From the NCBI RefSeq assembly GCF_035084215.1, contig NC_090336.1:29326001-29390000 (forward strand): 64,000 nt of DNA, written 5' to 3'. The position numbers were made by a program, and so were the translations under genes. The notes under the pieces are model-generated. The model did no database searches. It was not told the origin of the DNA and worked only from the letters and a program-made list of their open reading frames with translations. The stretch's first letter is position 1. Each line of letters starts with the position of its first letter. The stretch is from Heptranchias perlo (lineage: Eukaryota). This document shows, one piece after another, positions 13,601 to 27,244 of this stretch.

Positions 13601-16600
13601 AAGATCACAGTAAATCACAGGAATAAGATCACAGTGAATTACAGGAATAAGATCACAGTGAATTACAGGAATAAGATCACAGTGAATCACATGAATAAGA
13701 TCACAGTTAATCACATGAATAAGATCACAGTGAATCACAGGAATAAGATCACAGTAATTCACAGGAATAAGATCACAGTAAATCACAGGAATAAGATCAC
13801 AGTTAATCACAGGAATAAGATCACAGTGAATCACAGCAATAAGATCACAGTGAATCACAGGAATAAGGTCACAGTGAATCACAGCAATAAGATCACAGTG
13901 AATCACAGCAATAAGATCACAGTGAATCACAGGAAGAAGATCACAGTGAATCACAGGAATAAGATCACAGTGAATCACAGGAATAAGATCACAGTGAATC
14001 ACAGCAATAAGATCACAGTGAATCACAGGAATAAGATCACAGTGAATCACAGCAATAAGATCACAGTGAATCACTGGAATAAGATCACAGTGAATCACAG
14101 GAATAAGATCACAGTGAATCACAGCAATAAGATCACAGTGAATCACAGGAATAAGATCACAGTTAATCACAGGAATAAGATCACAGTAAATCACAACAAT
14201 AAGATCACAGTGAATCACAGGAATAAGATCACAGTGAATCACTGGAATAAGATCACAGTGAATCACAGGTATAAGATGACAGTGAATCACAGGAATAAGA
14301 TCACAGTGAATCACAGGAATAAGATCACAGTGAATCACAGGAATAAGATCACAGTGAATCACAGGAATAAGATCACAGTGAATCACTGGAATAAGATCAC
14401 ACTGAATCACAGGAATAAGATCAAAGTAAATCACAGGAATAAGATCACAGTGAATCACAGGAATAAGATCACAGTGAATCACAGGAATAAGATCACATTT
14501 AATCACAGCAATAAGATCACAGTGAATCACTGGAATAAGATCACAGTGAATCACAGGAATAAGATCACAGTAAATCACAGGAATAAGATCACAGTGAATC
14601 ACAGGAATAAGATCACAGTGAATCACAGGAATAAGATCACATTTAATCACAGCAATAAGATCACAGTGAATCACAGGAATAAGATCACAGAGAATCACAG
14701 GAATAAGATCACAGTGAATCACAGGAATAAGATCACAGTGAATCACAGGAATAAGATCAGAGTAAATCACAGGAATAAGATCACAGTGAATCACAGGAAT
14801 AGGATCACAGTGAATCACAGGAATAAGATCACAGTTAATCACAGGAATAAGATCACAGTTAATCACAGGAATAAGATCACAGTGAATCACAGGAATAAGA
14901 TCACAGTGAATCACAGCAATAAGATCACAGTAAATCACAGGAATAAGATCACAGTGAATCACAGGAATAAGATCACAGTGAATCACAGGAATAAGATCAC
15001 AATGAATCACAACAATAAGATCACAGTGAATCACAGGAATAAGATCACAGTGAATCACAGGAATAAGATCACAGTGAATCACAGGAATAAGATCACAGTG
15101 AATCACTGGAATAAGATCACAGTGAATCACAGGAATAAGATCACAGTAAATCACAGGAATAAGATCACAGTGAATCACAGGAATAAGATCACAGTGAATC
15201 ACATGAATAAGATCACAGTAAATCACAGGAATAAGATCACAGTGAATCACAGGAATAAGATCACAGTAAATCACAGGAATAAGATCACAGTGAATCACAG
15301 GAATAAGATCACAGTGAATCACAGGAATAAGATCACAGTAAATCACAGGAATAAGATCACAATGAATCACAGGAATAATATCACAGTTAATCACAGGAAT
15401 AAGATCACAGTAAATCACAGGAATAAGATCACAGTGAACCACAGGAATAAGATCACAGTAAATCACAGGAATAAGATCACAGTGAATCACAGGAATAAGA
15501 TCACAGTGAATCACAGGAATAAGATCACAGTTAATCACAGGAATAAGATCACAGTGAATCACAGGAATAAGATCACAGTGAATCACATGAATAAGATCAC
15601 AGTAAATCACAGGAATAAGATCACAGTGAATCACAGGAATAAGATCACAGTAAATCACAGGAATAAGATCACAGTGAATCACAGGAATAAGATCACAGTG
15701 AATCACATGAATAAGATCACAGTTAATCACAGGAATAAGATCACAGTGAATCACAGGAATAAGATCACAGTAATTCACAGGAATAAGATCACAGTAAATC
15801 ACAGGAATAAGATCACAGTGAATCACAGGAATAAGATCACAGTGAATCACAGGAATAAGATCACAGTAAATCACAGGAATAAGATCACAGTTAATCACAG
15901 GAATAAGATCACAGTGAATCACAGGAATAAGATCACAGTAAATCACAGGAATAAGATCACAGTTAATCACAGGAATAAGATCACAGTGAATCACAGGAAT
16001 AAGATCACAGTGAATCACTGGAATAAGATCACAGTAAATCACAGGAATAAGATCACAGTTAATCACGGGAATAAGATCACAGTGAATCACAGGAATAAGA
16101 TCACAGTGAATCACAGGAATAAGATCACACTGAATCACAGGAATAAGATCACAGTGAATCACAGGAATAAGATCACAGTGAATCACAGGAATAAGATCAC
16201 AGTGAATCACATGAATAAGATCACAGTGAATCACAGGAATAAGATCACAGTAAATCACAGGAATAAGATCACAGTAAATCACAGGAATAAGATCACAGTG
16301 AATTACAGGAATAAGATCACAGTGAATCACATGAATAAGATCACAGTTAATCACATGAATAAGATCACAGTGAATCACAGGAATAAGATCACAGTAATTC
16401 ACAGGAATAAGATCACAGTAAATCACAGGAATAAGATCACAGTGAATCACAGCAATAAGATCACAGTGAATCACAGGAATAAGGTCACAGTGAATCACAG
16501 CAATAAGATCACAGTGAATCACAGCAATAAGATCACAGTGAATCACAGGAATAAGATCACAGTGAATCACAGGAATAAGATCACAGTGAATCACAGGAAT

Positions 16601-19600
16601 AAGATCACAGTGAATCACAGCAATAAGATCACAGTGAATCACAGGAATAAGATCACAGTGAATCACAGCAATAAGATCACAGTGAATCACTGGAATAAGA
16701 TCACAGTGAATCACAGGAATAAGATCACAGTGAATCACAGCAATAAGATCACAGTGAATCACAGGAATAAGATCACAGTTAATCACAGGAATAAGATCAC
16801 AGTAAATCACAACAATAAGATCACAGTGAATCACAGGAATAAGATCACAGTGAATCACTGGAATAAGATCACAGTGAATCACAGGAATAAGATGACAGTA
16901 AATCACAGGAATAAGATCACAGTGAATCACAGGAATAAGATCACAGTGAATCACAGGAATAAGATCACAGTGAATCACAGGAATAAGATCACAGTGAATC
17001 ACTGGAATAAGATCACAGTGAATCACAGGAATAAGATCACAGTAAATCACAGGAATAAGATCACAGTGAATCACAGGAATAAGATCACAGTGAATCACAG
17101 GAATAAGATCACATTTAATCACAGCAATAAGATCACAGTGAATCACTGGAATAAGATCACAGTGAATCACAGGAATAAGATCACAGTAAATCACAGGAAT
17201 AAGATCACAGTGAATCACAGGAATAAGATCACAGTGAATCACAGGAATAAGATCACATTTAATCACAGCAATAAGATCACAGTGAATCACAGGAATAAGA
17301 TCACAGAGAATCACAGGAATAAGATCACAGTGAATCACAGGAATAAGATCACAGTGAATCACAGGAATAAGATCAGAGTAAATCACAGGAATAAGATCAC
17401 AGTGAATCACAGGAATAAGATCACAGTGAATCACATGAATAAGATCACAGTAAATCACAGGAATAAGATCACAGTGAATCACAGGAATAAGATCACAGTA
17501 AATCACAGGAATAAGATCACAGTGAATCACAGGAATAAGATCACAGTGAATCACATGAATAAGATCACAGTTAATCACAGGAATAAGATCACAGTGAATC
17601 ACAGGAATAAGATCACAGTAATTCACAGGAATAAGATCACAGTAAATCACAGGAATAAGATCACAGTGAATCACAGGAATAAGATCACAGTGAATCACAG
17701 GAATAAGATCACAGTAAATCACAGGAATAAGATCACAGTTAATCACAGGAATAAGATCACAGTGAATCACAGGAATAAGATCACAGTGAATCACTGGAAT
17801 AAGATCACAGTAAATCACAGGAATAAGATCACAGTTAATCACGGGAATAAGATCACAGTGAATCACAGGAATAAGATCACAGTGAATCACAGGAATAAGA
17901 TCACACTGAATCACAGGAATAAGATCACAGTGAATCACAGGAATAAGATCACAGTGAATCACATGAATAAGATCACAGTGAATCACAGGAATAAGATCAC
18001 AGTAAATCACAGGAATAAGATCACAGTAAATCACAGGAATAAGATCACAGTGAATTACAGGAATAAGATCACAGTGAATCACATGAATAAGATCACAGTT
18101 AATCACATGAATAAGATCACAGTGAATCACAGGAATAAGATCACAGTAATTCACAGGAATAAGATCACAGTAAATCACAGGAATAAGATCACAGTGAATC
18201 ACAGCAATAAGATCACAGTGAATCACAGGAATAAGGTCACAGTGAATCACAGCAATAAGATCACAGTGAATCACAGCAATAAGATCACAGTGAATCACAG
18301 GAATAAGATCACAGTGAATCACAGGAATAAGATCACAGTGAATCACAGGAATAAGATCACAGTGAATCACAGCAATAAGATCACAGTGAATCACAGGAAT
18401 AAGATCACAGTGAATCACAGCAATAAGATCACAGTGAATCACTGGAATAAGATCACAGTGAATCACAGGAATAAGATCACAGTAAATCACAGGAATAAGA
18501 TCACAGTGAATCACAGGAATAAGATCACAGTGAATCACAGGAATAAGATCACATTTAATCACAGCAATAAGATCACAGAGAATCACAGGAATAAGATCAC
18601 AGTGAATCACAGGAATAAGATCACAGTGAATCACAGGAATAAGATCAGAGTAAATCACAGGAATAAGATCACAGTGAATCACAGGAATAAGATCACAGTG
18701 AATCACATGAATAAGATCACAGTAAATCACAGGAATAAGATCACAGTGAATCACAGGAATAAGATCACAGTAAATCACAGGAATAAGATCACAGTGAATC
18801 ACAGGAATAAGATCACAGTGAATCACATGAATAAGATCACAGTTAATCACAGGAATAAGATCACAGTGAATCACAGGAATAAGATCACAGTAATTCACAG
18901 GAATAAGATCACAGTAAATCACAGGAATAAGATCACAGTGAATCACAGGAATAAGATCACAGTGAATCACAGGAATAAGATCACAGTAAATCACAGGAAT
19001 AAGATCACAGTTAATCACAGGAATAAGATCACAGTGAATCACAGGAATAAGATCACAGTGAATCACTGGAATAAGATCACAGTAAATCACAGGAATAAGA
19101 TCACAGTTAATCACGGGAATAAGATCACAGTGAATCACAGGAATAAGATCACAGTGAATCACAGGAATAAGATCACACTGAATCACAGGAATAAGATCAC
19201 AGTGAATCACAGGAATAAGATCACAGTGAATCACAGGAATAAGATCACAGTGAATCACATGAATAAGATCACAGTGAATCACAGGAATAAGATCACAGTA
19301 AATCACAGGAATAAGATCACAGTAAATCACAGGAATAAGATCACAGTGAATTACAGGAATAAGATCACAGTGAATCACATGAATAAGATCACAGTTAATC
19401 ACATGAATAAGATCACAGTGAATCACAGGAATAAGATCACAGTAATTCACAGGAATAAGATCACAGTAAATCACAGGAATAAGATCACAGTGAATCACAG
19501 CAATAAGATCACAGTGAATCACAGGAATAAGGTCACAGTGAATCACAGCAATAAGATCACAGTGAATCACAGCAATAAGATCACAGTGAATCACAGGAAT

Positions 19601-22160
19601 AAGATCACAGTGAATCACAGGAATAAGATCACAGTGAATCACAGGAATAAGATCACAGTGAATCACAGCAATAAGATCACAGTGAATCACAGGAATAAGA
19701 TCACAGTGAATCACAGCAATAAGATCACAGTGAATCACTGGAATAAGATCACAGTGAATCACAGGAATAAGATCACAGTGAATCACAGGAATAAGATCAC
19801 AGTTAATCACAGGAATAAGATCACAGTAAATCACAACAATAAGATCACAGTGAATCACAGGAATAAGATCACAGTGAATCACTGGAATAAGATCACAGTG
19901 AATCACAGGAATAAGATGACAGTGAATCACAGGAATAAGATCACAGTGAATCACAGGAATAAGATCACAGTGAATCACAGGAATAAGATCACAGTGAATC
20001 ACTGGAATAAGATCACAGTGAATCACAGGAATAAGATCACAGTAAATCACAGGAATAAGATCACAGTGAATCACAGGAATAAGATCACAGTGAATCACAG
20101 GAATAAGATCACATTTAATCACAGCAATAAGATCACAGTGAATCACTGGAATAAGATCACAGTGAATCACAGGAATAAGATCACAGTAAATCACAGGAAT
20201 AAGATCACAGTGAATCACAGGAATAAGATCACAGTGAATCACAGGAATAAGATCACATTTAATCACAGCAATAAGATCACAGTGAATCACAGGAATAAGA
20301 TCACAGAGAATCACAGGAATAAGATCACAGTGAATCACAGGAATAAGATCACAGTGAATCACAGGAATAAGATCAGAGTAAATCACAGGAATAAGATCAC
20401 AGTGAATCACAGGAATAGGATCACAGTGAATCACATGAATAAGATCACAGTTAATCACAGGAATAAGATCACAGTTAATCACAGGAATAAGATCACAGTG
20501 AATCACAGGAATAAGATCACAGTGAATCACAGCAATAAGATCACAGTAAATCACAGGAATAAGATCACAGTGAATCACAGGAATAAGATCACAGTGAATC
20601 ACAGGAATAAGATCACAATGAATCACAACAATAAGATCACAGTGAATCACAGGAATAAGATCACAGTGAATCACAGCAATAAGATCACAGTGAATCACAG
20701 GAATAAGATCACAGTGAATCACTGGAATAAGATCACAGTGAATCACAGGAATAAGATCACAGTAAATCACAGGAATAAGATCACAGTGAATCACAGGAAT
20801 AAGATCACAGTGAATCACATGAATAAGATCACAGTAAATCACAGGAATAAGATCACAGTGAATCACAGGAATAAGATCACAGTAAATCACAGGAATAAGA
20901 TCACAGTGAATCACAGGAATAAGATCACAGTGAATCACAGGAATAAGATCACAGTAAATCACAGGAATAAGATCACAATGAATCACAGGAATAATATCAC
21001 AGTTAATCACAGGAATAAGATCACAGTAAATCACAGGAATAAGATCACAGTGAACCACAGGAATAAGATCACAGTAAATCACAGGAATAAGATCACAGTG
21101 AATCACAGGAATAAGATCACAGTGAATCACAGGAATAAGATCACAGTTAATCACAGGAATAAGATCACAGTGAATCACAGGAATAAGATCACAGTGAATC
21201 ACATGAATAAGATCACAGTGAATCACAGGAATAAGATCACAGTAAATCACAGGAATAAGATCACAGTGAATCACAGGAATAAGATCACAGTGAATCACAT
21301 GAATAAGATCACAGTTAATCACAGGAATAAGATCACAGTGAATCACAGGAATAAGATCACAGTAATTCACAGGAATAAGATCACAGTAAATCACAGGAAT
21401 AAGATCACAGTGAATCACAGGAATAAGATCACAGTGAATCACAGGAATAAGATCACAGTAAATCACAGGAATAAGATCACAGTTAATCACAGGAATAAGA
21501 TCACAGTGAATCACAGGAATAAGATCACAGTAAATTTCAGGAATAAGATCACAGTAATTCACAGGAATAAGATCACAGTAAATCACAGGAATAAGATCAC
21601 AGTGAATCACAGGAATAAGATCACAGTGAATCACAGGAATAAGATCACAGTAAATCACAGGAATAAGATCACAGTTAATCACAGGAATAAGATCACAGTG
21701 AATCACTGGAATAAGATCACAGTAAATTTCAGGAATAAGATCACAGTTAATCACGGGAATAAGATCACAGTGAATCACAGGAATAAGATCACAGTGAATC
21801 ACAGGAATAAGATCACACTGAATCACAGGAATAAGATCACAGTGAATCACAGGAATAAGATCACAGTGAATCACAGGAATAAGATCACAGTTAATCACAG
21901 GAATAAGATCACAGTGAATCACAGGAATAAGTTCACAGTAAATCACAGGAATAAGTTCACAGTTATTCACAGGAATAAGATCACAGTGAATCACAGCAAT
22001 AAGATCACAGTGAATCACAGGAATAAGATCACAGTGAATCACAGGAATAAGATCACAGTGAATCACAGGAATAAGATCACAGTAAATCACAACAATAAGA
22101 TCACAGTGAATCACAGGAATAAGATCACAGTTAATCACAGGAATAAGATCACAGTAAATC
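7637..22160. repeat. 24-bp satellite (GAATCACAGGAATAAGATCACAGT)n, about 600 copies, with kb-scale higher-order duplications
   Basis: Continuous tandem array; the unit contains two ATCACAG sub-repeats (10+14 bp); a single 1-bp deletion at about 10840; recurring variant blocks. Confidence 0.99.
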
Positions 22161-22184
22161 TGGTTAATAGATGCAGGTTAATCA

Positions 22185-23333
22185 GCGCATAACAAACAAA
22201 CTAACCACTGGTGTTCGTTTCTAGAGGCATAGAATTGAAAAGCAGAAAAGTTATTTTAAACTTGTATAGAACTTTGGTTAGACCACACTTGGAGAATTGT
22301 GCACAGTTCTGGACACCATATTATAAAAAGGATATAGAGGCACTGGAGAAGGTGCTTAAAGGACTTACAAGGATGTTACCAGAACTGAAAGGTTATACCT
22401 AACAGGAAAGACTGAAAGGTTCACTGGGTTGATTCTGGGTATGGAAGGGTTGTCTTATGAGGAAAGATTGAACAGGTTGGGTCTATACTCATTGGAGTTT
22501 CGAAGAATGAGAGGAGATCTTATTGAAACATACAAGATTCTGAGGGGACTCGGTAGGGTAGATGCTGAGAGGATGTTACCCCTCATGGGGGAATCTAAAA
22601 CGAGGGAGCATAGTCTCAGAATAAGGGGTCGCCCGTTTAAGATGGAAATGAGGAGGAATTTCTTCTCCCAGAGGGTCGTGAGTCTTTGGAATTCTTTACC
22701 CCAAAAAGCTGTGGAAGCTGAGTCATTGAATACATTCAAGGCTGAGTTAGACAAATTTTTGATCAGCAAGGGAGTCAAAGGATATGGGGAAAGGGCGGGA
22801 AAGTGGAGTTGAGATAAAAATCAGATCAGCCATGATCTCATTAAATGGCGGAGCACGCTCGAGGGGCCGAATGGCCTACTCCTGCTCCTATCTCTTATGG
22901 TCTTATTAACAGGCTGGGGCTCTTTTCTCTAGAAAAGAGAAGGCTGAGGGGTGACCTGATGGAGGTCTTTAAGATTACGAAAGGGTTTGATAGGGTAGAC
23001 GTAGAGAAGATGTTTACACTGGAGACCACAACTAGGGGCCATAAATATTAAATAGTCACTAATAAATCCAATAGGGAATTCAGGAGAAACTTCTTTACCC
23101 AGTGAGTGGTTAGAATGTGGACTCGCTACCATAAGGAGTAGTTGAGACGAATAGTGAATATGCATTTAAGGGGAAGCTGGATAAACACATGAGGGAGAAA
23201 GGAATAGAAGGATATGCTGAGAGGGTGAGATGAAGTAGGGAGGGAGGAGGCTCGTGTGGAGCATAAACACCGGCACAGACCAGTTGGGCCGAATGGCCTG
23301 TTTCTGTGCTGTACATTCGATGTAATTCGATGT
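22185..23333 (+). mobile_element. CR1 3' fragment, with a second CR1 3' fragment nested at about 22417-22906
   Basis: ORFs 22211-22402 (LYRTLVRPHLENCAQFW), 22429-22812 (LEFRRMRGDLIETYKI...LWNSLP) and 22845-23051. Tails (CTTATGGT)n and (ATTCGATGT)n. Confidence 0.9.
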
Positions 23334-24630
23334 AGGGAAAGGGGAAAGAGCATGGAGTTTTTACAGTGTGTACATGTTTCCTTTCTTACCCAGAATGTAA
23401 GAAGCCCAACCAAAGAGAAATCACGGCTGGATCTAGTAATGGAAAATGAACCAGAGCAGATAAGAGAAGTAAGTGTGGGGAACATCTCGGCAATAGCGAT
23501 CAAAACATAATAAGGATTATAATAATGATTGAGAAAGACATAAGAAAGTCAAAAACCAAAGAAAGAGAAACGTAAGGAACATAAGAAATAGGAGTAGGAG
23601 TAGGCCATACAGCCCCTCAAGCCTTCTCCGCCATGGTTGATCTTAGGCCTCAACTCCACTCTCCCGCCCGATCCCCATATCTCTTGATTCCAATAGAATG
23701 GAAAAAATCTAATTTTGAGGGGATGAGAATGGAACTAGGGAAGGTAAACTGGAAAAAAATGTTGACAATGGGATAGAACAGCAGTGGGAAATATTTAAAA
23801 CGGAGATCAATAGAGTTCAGGAGAAATATATTCCTCTAAAAAACAAGAACAAACTAGCCAATAGTGAAACACCATGATAAATAAACAGATGAGGGTAAAA
23901 TTGAAACTAAAAAAAGGCATACTCCAAGTACATAGACAATAAAGGAAAGGACTACAAAAGGGGATATGAAGAGGTTAGCAAGGATGTCAAAAAAAATTAG
24001 GAAAGCAAAGAGGAACTACGAAATTAAATTATCACAGAATAGAAAAAGAAATAGCGTTCTACAGACACATAAATAACAGAAGAAAAATCAGGATAGGGAT
24101 AGGGCCACGAAGAGATGCACAAGGTAAACTCACTGATAATGACAGCAAAATGGCAGAAATATTGAATAGTTAATTTGCCTCAGTATTTACCTGGGAGACT
24201 AACAAGGTGGGCATGACATTAGAAGAGATCATCAAAAAAGGTATAAAGACATTTAAGATGGAAAGGAAGGAGATAATTGCTAAACTAATCAAACTTAGAG
24301 AGGATAAAATCCTTGGTCCAGATGGATTGCATCTGCGCATATTAAAAGAAGTTAGGGAAGAGATAGCAGAGGCACTATTACATATATATATATATATATA
24401 TATATAAATTCATTAGAAAAGGGAATAGTGCCAGAGGACTGGTGGACAGCCAATGCTTTTCCTAGATTTAAAAAGGGAGATAGAACAAGTCCAGTGAACT
24501 ATAGACAAGTTGGCTTAACATCGGTAGTAGGAAAGATAATGGAATCTTTATTCAAAGGTGTATAAGAAAAACATCTAGAAAATGAAAATATAATAAAGAG
24601 CAGTCAGCACGGATTTCAGAAGAGGAATTC
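23334..24630 (+). mobile_element. Degenerate CR1 ORF2 (APE C-terminus to RT start), apparent continuation of the 2200-3620 element
   Basis: MEFLQCV..SFLTQNVRSPTKEKSRLDLV, GPDGLHLRILKE, NYRQV.LTS.VGKIME, SQHGF motifs. (TA)n at about 24382-24406; an inverted CR1 tail at about 23575-23697. Confidence 0.85.
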
Positions 24631-24996
24631 ACGCTACACGTAACCCCACCAGCGAATAAAAGTTATCTGTTTTTAATACAACGGGTCATTTTCTGTCTTT
24701 CTCTTCCTTTCGGATGTTTCTCCCTCTCTCTCTCTGTTTTGTGTTCTGGCCGTTTGTATATTCGGTGGTCCTGTAGGTAACACCTCTCTGTCTGAACACT
24801 TTGATTGCCTTGACAACGGGCAGGTATTGTTCTCTGAATATAAATGCGAAACGTTCAAGGATTTCCACATTCACCTGACGAAGGAGAAAGCCTCCGAAAG
24901 CTTGTGATTTTCAAATAAAATTGTTGGACTATAACCTGGTGTTGTAAGATTCTTTACATTTGTCAACCCCAGTCCATCACCGGCATCTCCACATCA
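24631..24996 (+). mobile_element. Penelope-like element solo pLTR / 3' fragment
   Basis: Homologous to the reverse complement of 6797-7200 and 26644-26960; contains the hammerhead motif and the ...CCAGTCCATCACCGGCATCTCCAC tail. Confidence 0.85.
24871..24907 (+). ncRNA. Minimal hammerhead ribozyme motif
   Basis: TCAC-CTGACGA-A-GGAG-AAAGC-CTCC-GAAA-GC-TT-GTGA; stem I TCAC/GTGA. Confidence 0.78.
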
Positions 24997-25738
24997 TCTC
25001 CAACAGGAGAGAGTCTAACCACCTCCGCTTGACAATCAACGGCATTAACATCGCCGAGTCCCCCACCATCAACATCCTGGGGGTCACCATTGACCAGAAA
25101 CTTAACTGGACCAGCCATATAAATACTGTGGCTACGAGAGCAGGTCAGAGGCTGGGTACTCTGTGGCGAGTGACTCACCTCCTGACTCCACAAAGCCTTT
25201 CCACCATCTACAAGGCGTGTGATGGAATATTCTCCACTTGCTTGGATGAGTGCAGCTCCAACAACACTCAAGAAGCTCGACACCATCCAAGATAAAGCAG
25301 CCCGCTTGATTGGCACTCCATCCACCACCCTAAACATTCACTCCCTTCACCACCGGCGCACTGTGGCTGCAGTGTGTACCATCCACAGGATGCACTGCAG
25401 CAACTCGCCAAGGCTTCTTCGACAGCACCTCCCAAACCCGCAACCTCTACCATCTGGAATGACAAGAGCAGCAGGCACATGGGAACAACACCACCTGCAC
25501 GTTTCCCTCCAAGTCTCACACCATCCCGACTTGGAAATATATCGCCGTTCCTTCATCGTCGCTGGGTCAAAATCCTGGAACTCCCTTCCTAACAGCACTG
25601 TGGGAGAACCTTCACCACATGGACTGCAGCGGTTCAAGAAGGCGGCTCACCACCACCTTCTCGAGGGCAATTACGGATGGGCAATAAATGCTGGCCTCGC
25701 CAGTGACGCCCACATCCCGTGAACGAATAAAATAAAAC
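24995..25738 (+). mobile_element. Family A LINE 3' fragment
   Basis: ORFs 24960-25295 and 25219-25722 match the copy at 378-1238; ends GAACGAATAAAATAAAA. Confidence 0.92.
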
Positions 25739-26176
25739 ATACTGCTTGGATAATAAAGTAGGGAGGGAGGAGGCTCACGTGGAGTATAAATGCCGGCATA
25801 GGCCAGTTGGGCCAAATCTTGTCCATCAGCTTATTAACTTCAACAAGATTCAAGACAAATATCCTTGCCTATTGTTTAGGCTCCTATCCATGTTCTGTCT
25901 AAGTTTAACCGTTGGGAGGGAGAAAATTAATAGAGAGAATATTTTATCTTTACGGCATACATACAAAAAAACCATCAAGTTTTACAACTTTGTATCATAT
26001 CTGCTCTTTCAAAAATTCATGTTCGGTATCCCTTAAGTGATTATTAAAAAACCTATTTCCTCAATAACCTTCAAAATGTATTGCCCAGAGAAGCAAAATC
26101 TGATAAAAGCTATTTCTGGCCGAGAACGCAAAGTGCTGAACTTTGCCATCTTTCTGGCTCAGGAACCTCCAAATTG

Positions 26177-26385
26177 GCAAGTTAGCTCAGTTGGTATCAG
26201 CGTCTGAGTCAGAAGGTTGTGGGATCAAGCCCTACTCCAACTTGAGGACATAAATGAGCTGGCACTCCAGTGCAGTATATAGAAGTGTCACACAGTTGGA
26301 GATGCCATCTTTTGATTGAAATATTAAACCAAGGCTGCATCTGCTCATTCAGGTTAAAGTTCGCACTGCTCTATTCAAAGACGAT
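26177..26385 (+). mobile_element. tRNA-headed SINE fragment (SacSINE1/DeuSINE-like)
   Basis: A-box-like TTAGCTCAGTTGG, B-box-like GGATCAAGCCC, and a body similar to 61490-61640. Confidence 0.6.
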
Positions 26386-26643
26386 CATAACACCTGGATA
26401 TTTGTGATCTTTTTCTTTGCTCACATGGGCTCACAAAACCACTTGAGTTATCGTCCGAAACCACTAAACCAAATCACTAAATCATGCAGATGGAACATTT
26501 TATGTATAATCCCACAGTACAACAAAGCTGTTAACACATGTACAAGGTGTGAGATTTTTATTTACGAGCTATATAGGTGAGGCATCCAATTGTACAAAAA
26601 ATGTAAACATGACTAAAAGTAGCACACTGCATCTGTACAATGT

Positions 26644-27244
26644 AAACAATTTTACAACACCAAGTTATAGTCCAACAAATTTATTTTAAATTCCACAAGC
26701 TTTCGGAGGCTTCCTCTTTCGTCAGGTGAACGGTGTGGAAATGAAATTTTCGAATCCTTCGCATTTGAAAATCACAGAACAATGCCTGGTGATTACTGCC
26801 CGTTGCCAAGGCAATCACAGTGAGCAGACAGAAAGGTGTCACCTAAAAGGCCACCGAATATACAAACCCCCCAAAAAAAAAGAGAGAGAGAAGGAAGACA
26901 GTCAATGACCCGTTATATTAAAAACAGATAACATTTGTTCGCTGGTGGGGTTACGTGTAGTGTGACATGAACCCAAGATCCCGGTTGAGGCCGTCCTCAT
27001 GGGTGCGGAACTTGGCTATCAATTTTTGCTCGACGATTTTGCGTTGTCGTGTGTCTCGAAGGCCGCCTTGGAGTATGCTTACCCGAAGGTCGGTGGCTGA
27101 ATGTCCATGACTGCTGAAGTGTTCCCCGACAGGGAGAGAACCCTCCTGTTTGGCGATTGTTGCGCGGTGTCCGTTCATCCGTTGTCGCAGCGTCTGCATG
27201 GTCTCGCCAATGTACCATGCTCTGGGGCATCCTTTCCTGCAACG
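26644..27244 (-). mobile_element. Penelope-like element 3' fragment (GIY-YIG endonuclease plus pLTR)
   Basis: ORF 26951-27274: C..GC..AWYIGET.QTLRQRMNGHR...PVGEHFS..GH...R...EQKLI..F.T...GLN. 12-bp direct repeat TCTGTACAATGT at 26632-26643 and 27245-27256. Confidence 0.93.
26692..26730 (-). ncRNA. Minimal hammerhead ribozyme motif
   Basis: Reverse complement TTCAC-CTGACGA-A-AGAG-GAAGC-CTCC-GAAA-GC-TT-GTGGA; one mismatch in stem II. Confidence 0.68.

Noticed and set aside
7548-22192. Giant ORFs (1101, 740, 331, 3768 and 3772 aa) of NHRNKITV / IHCDLIPV repeats
   Set aside because: Translation of a 24-bp satellite whose unit is a multiple of 3 and has few codons one step from a stop. Open on both strands, contains a frameshift at about 10840, and has no splice or domain context.
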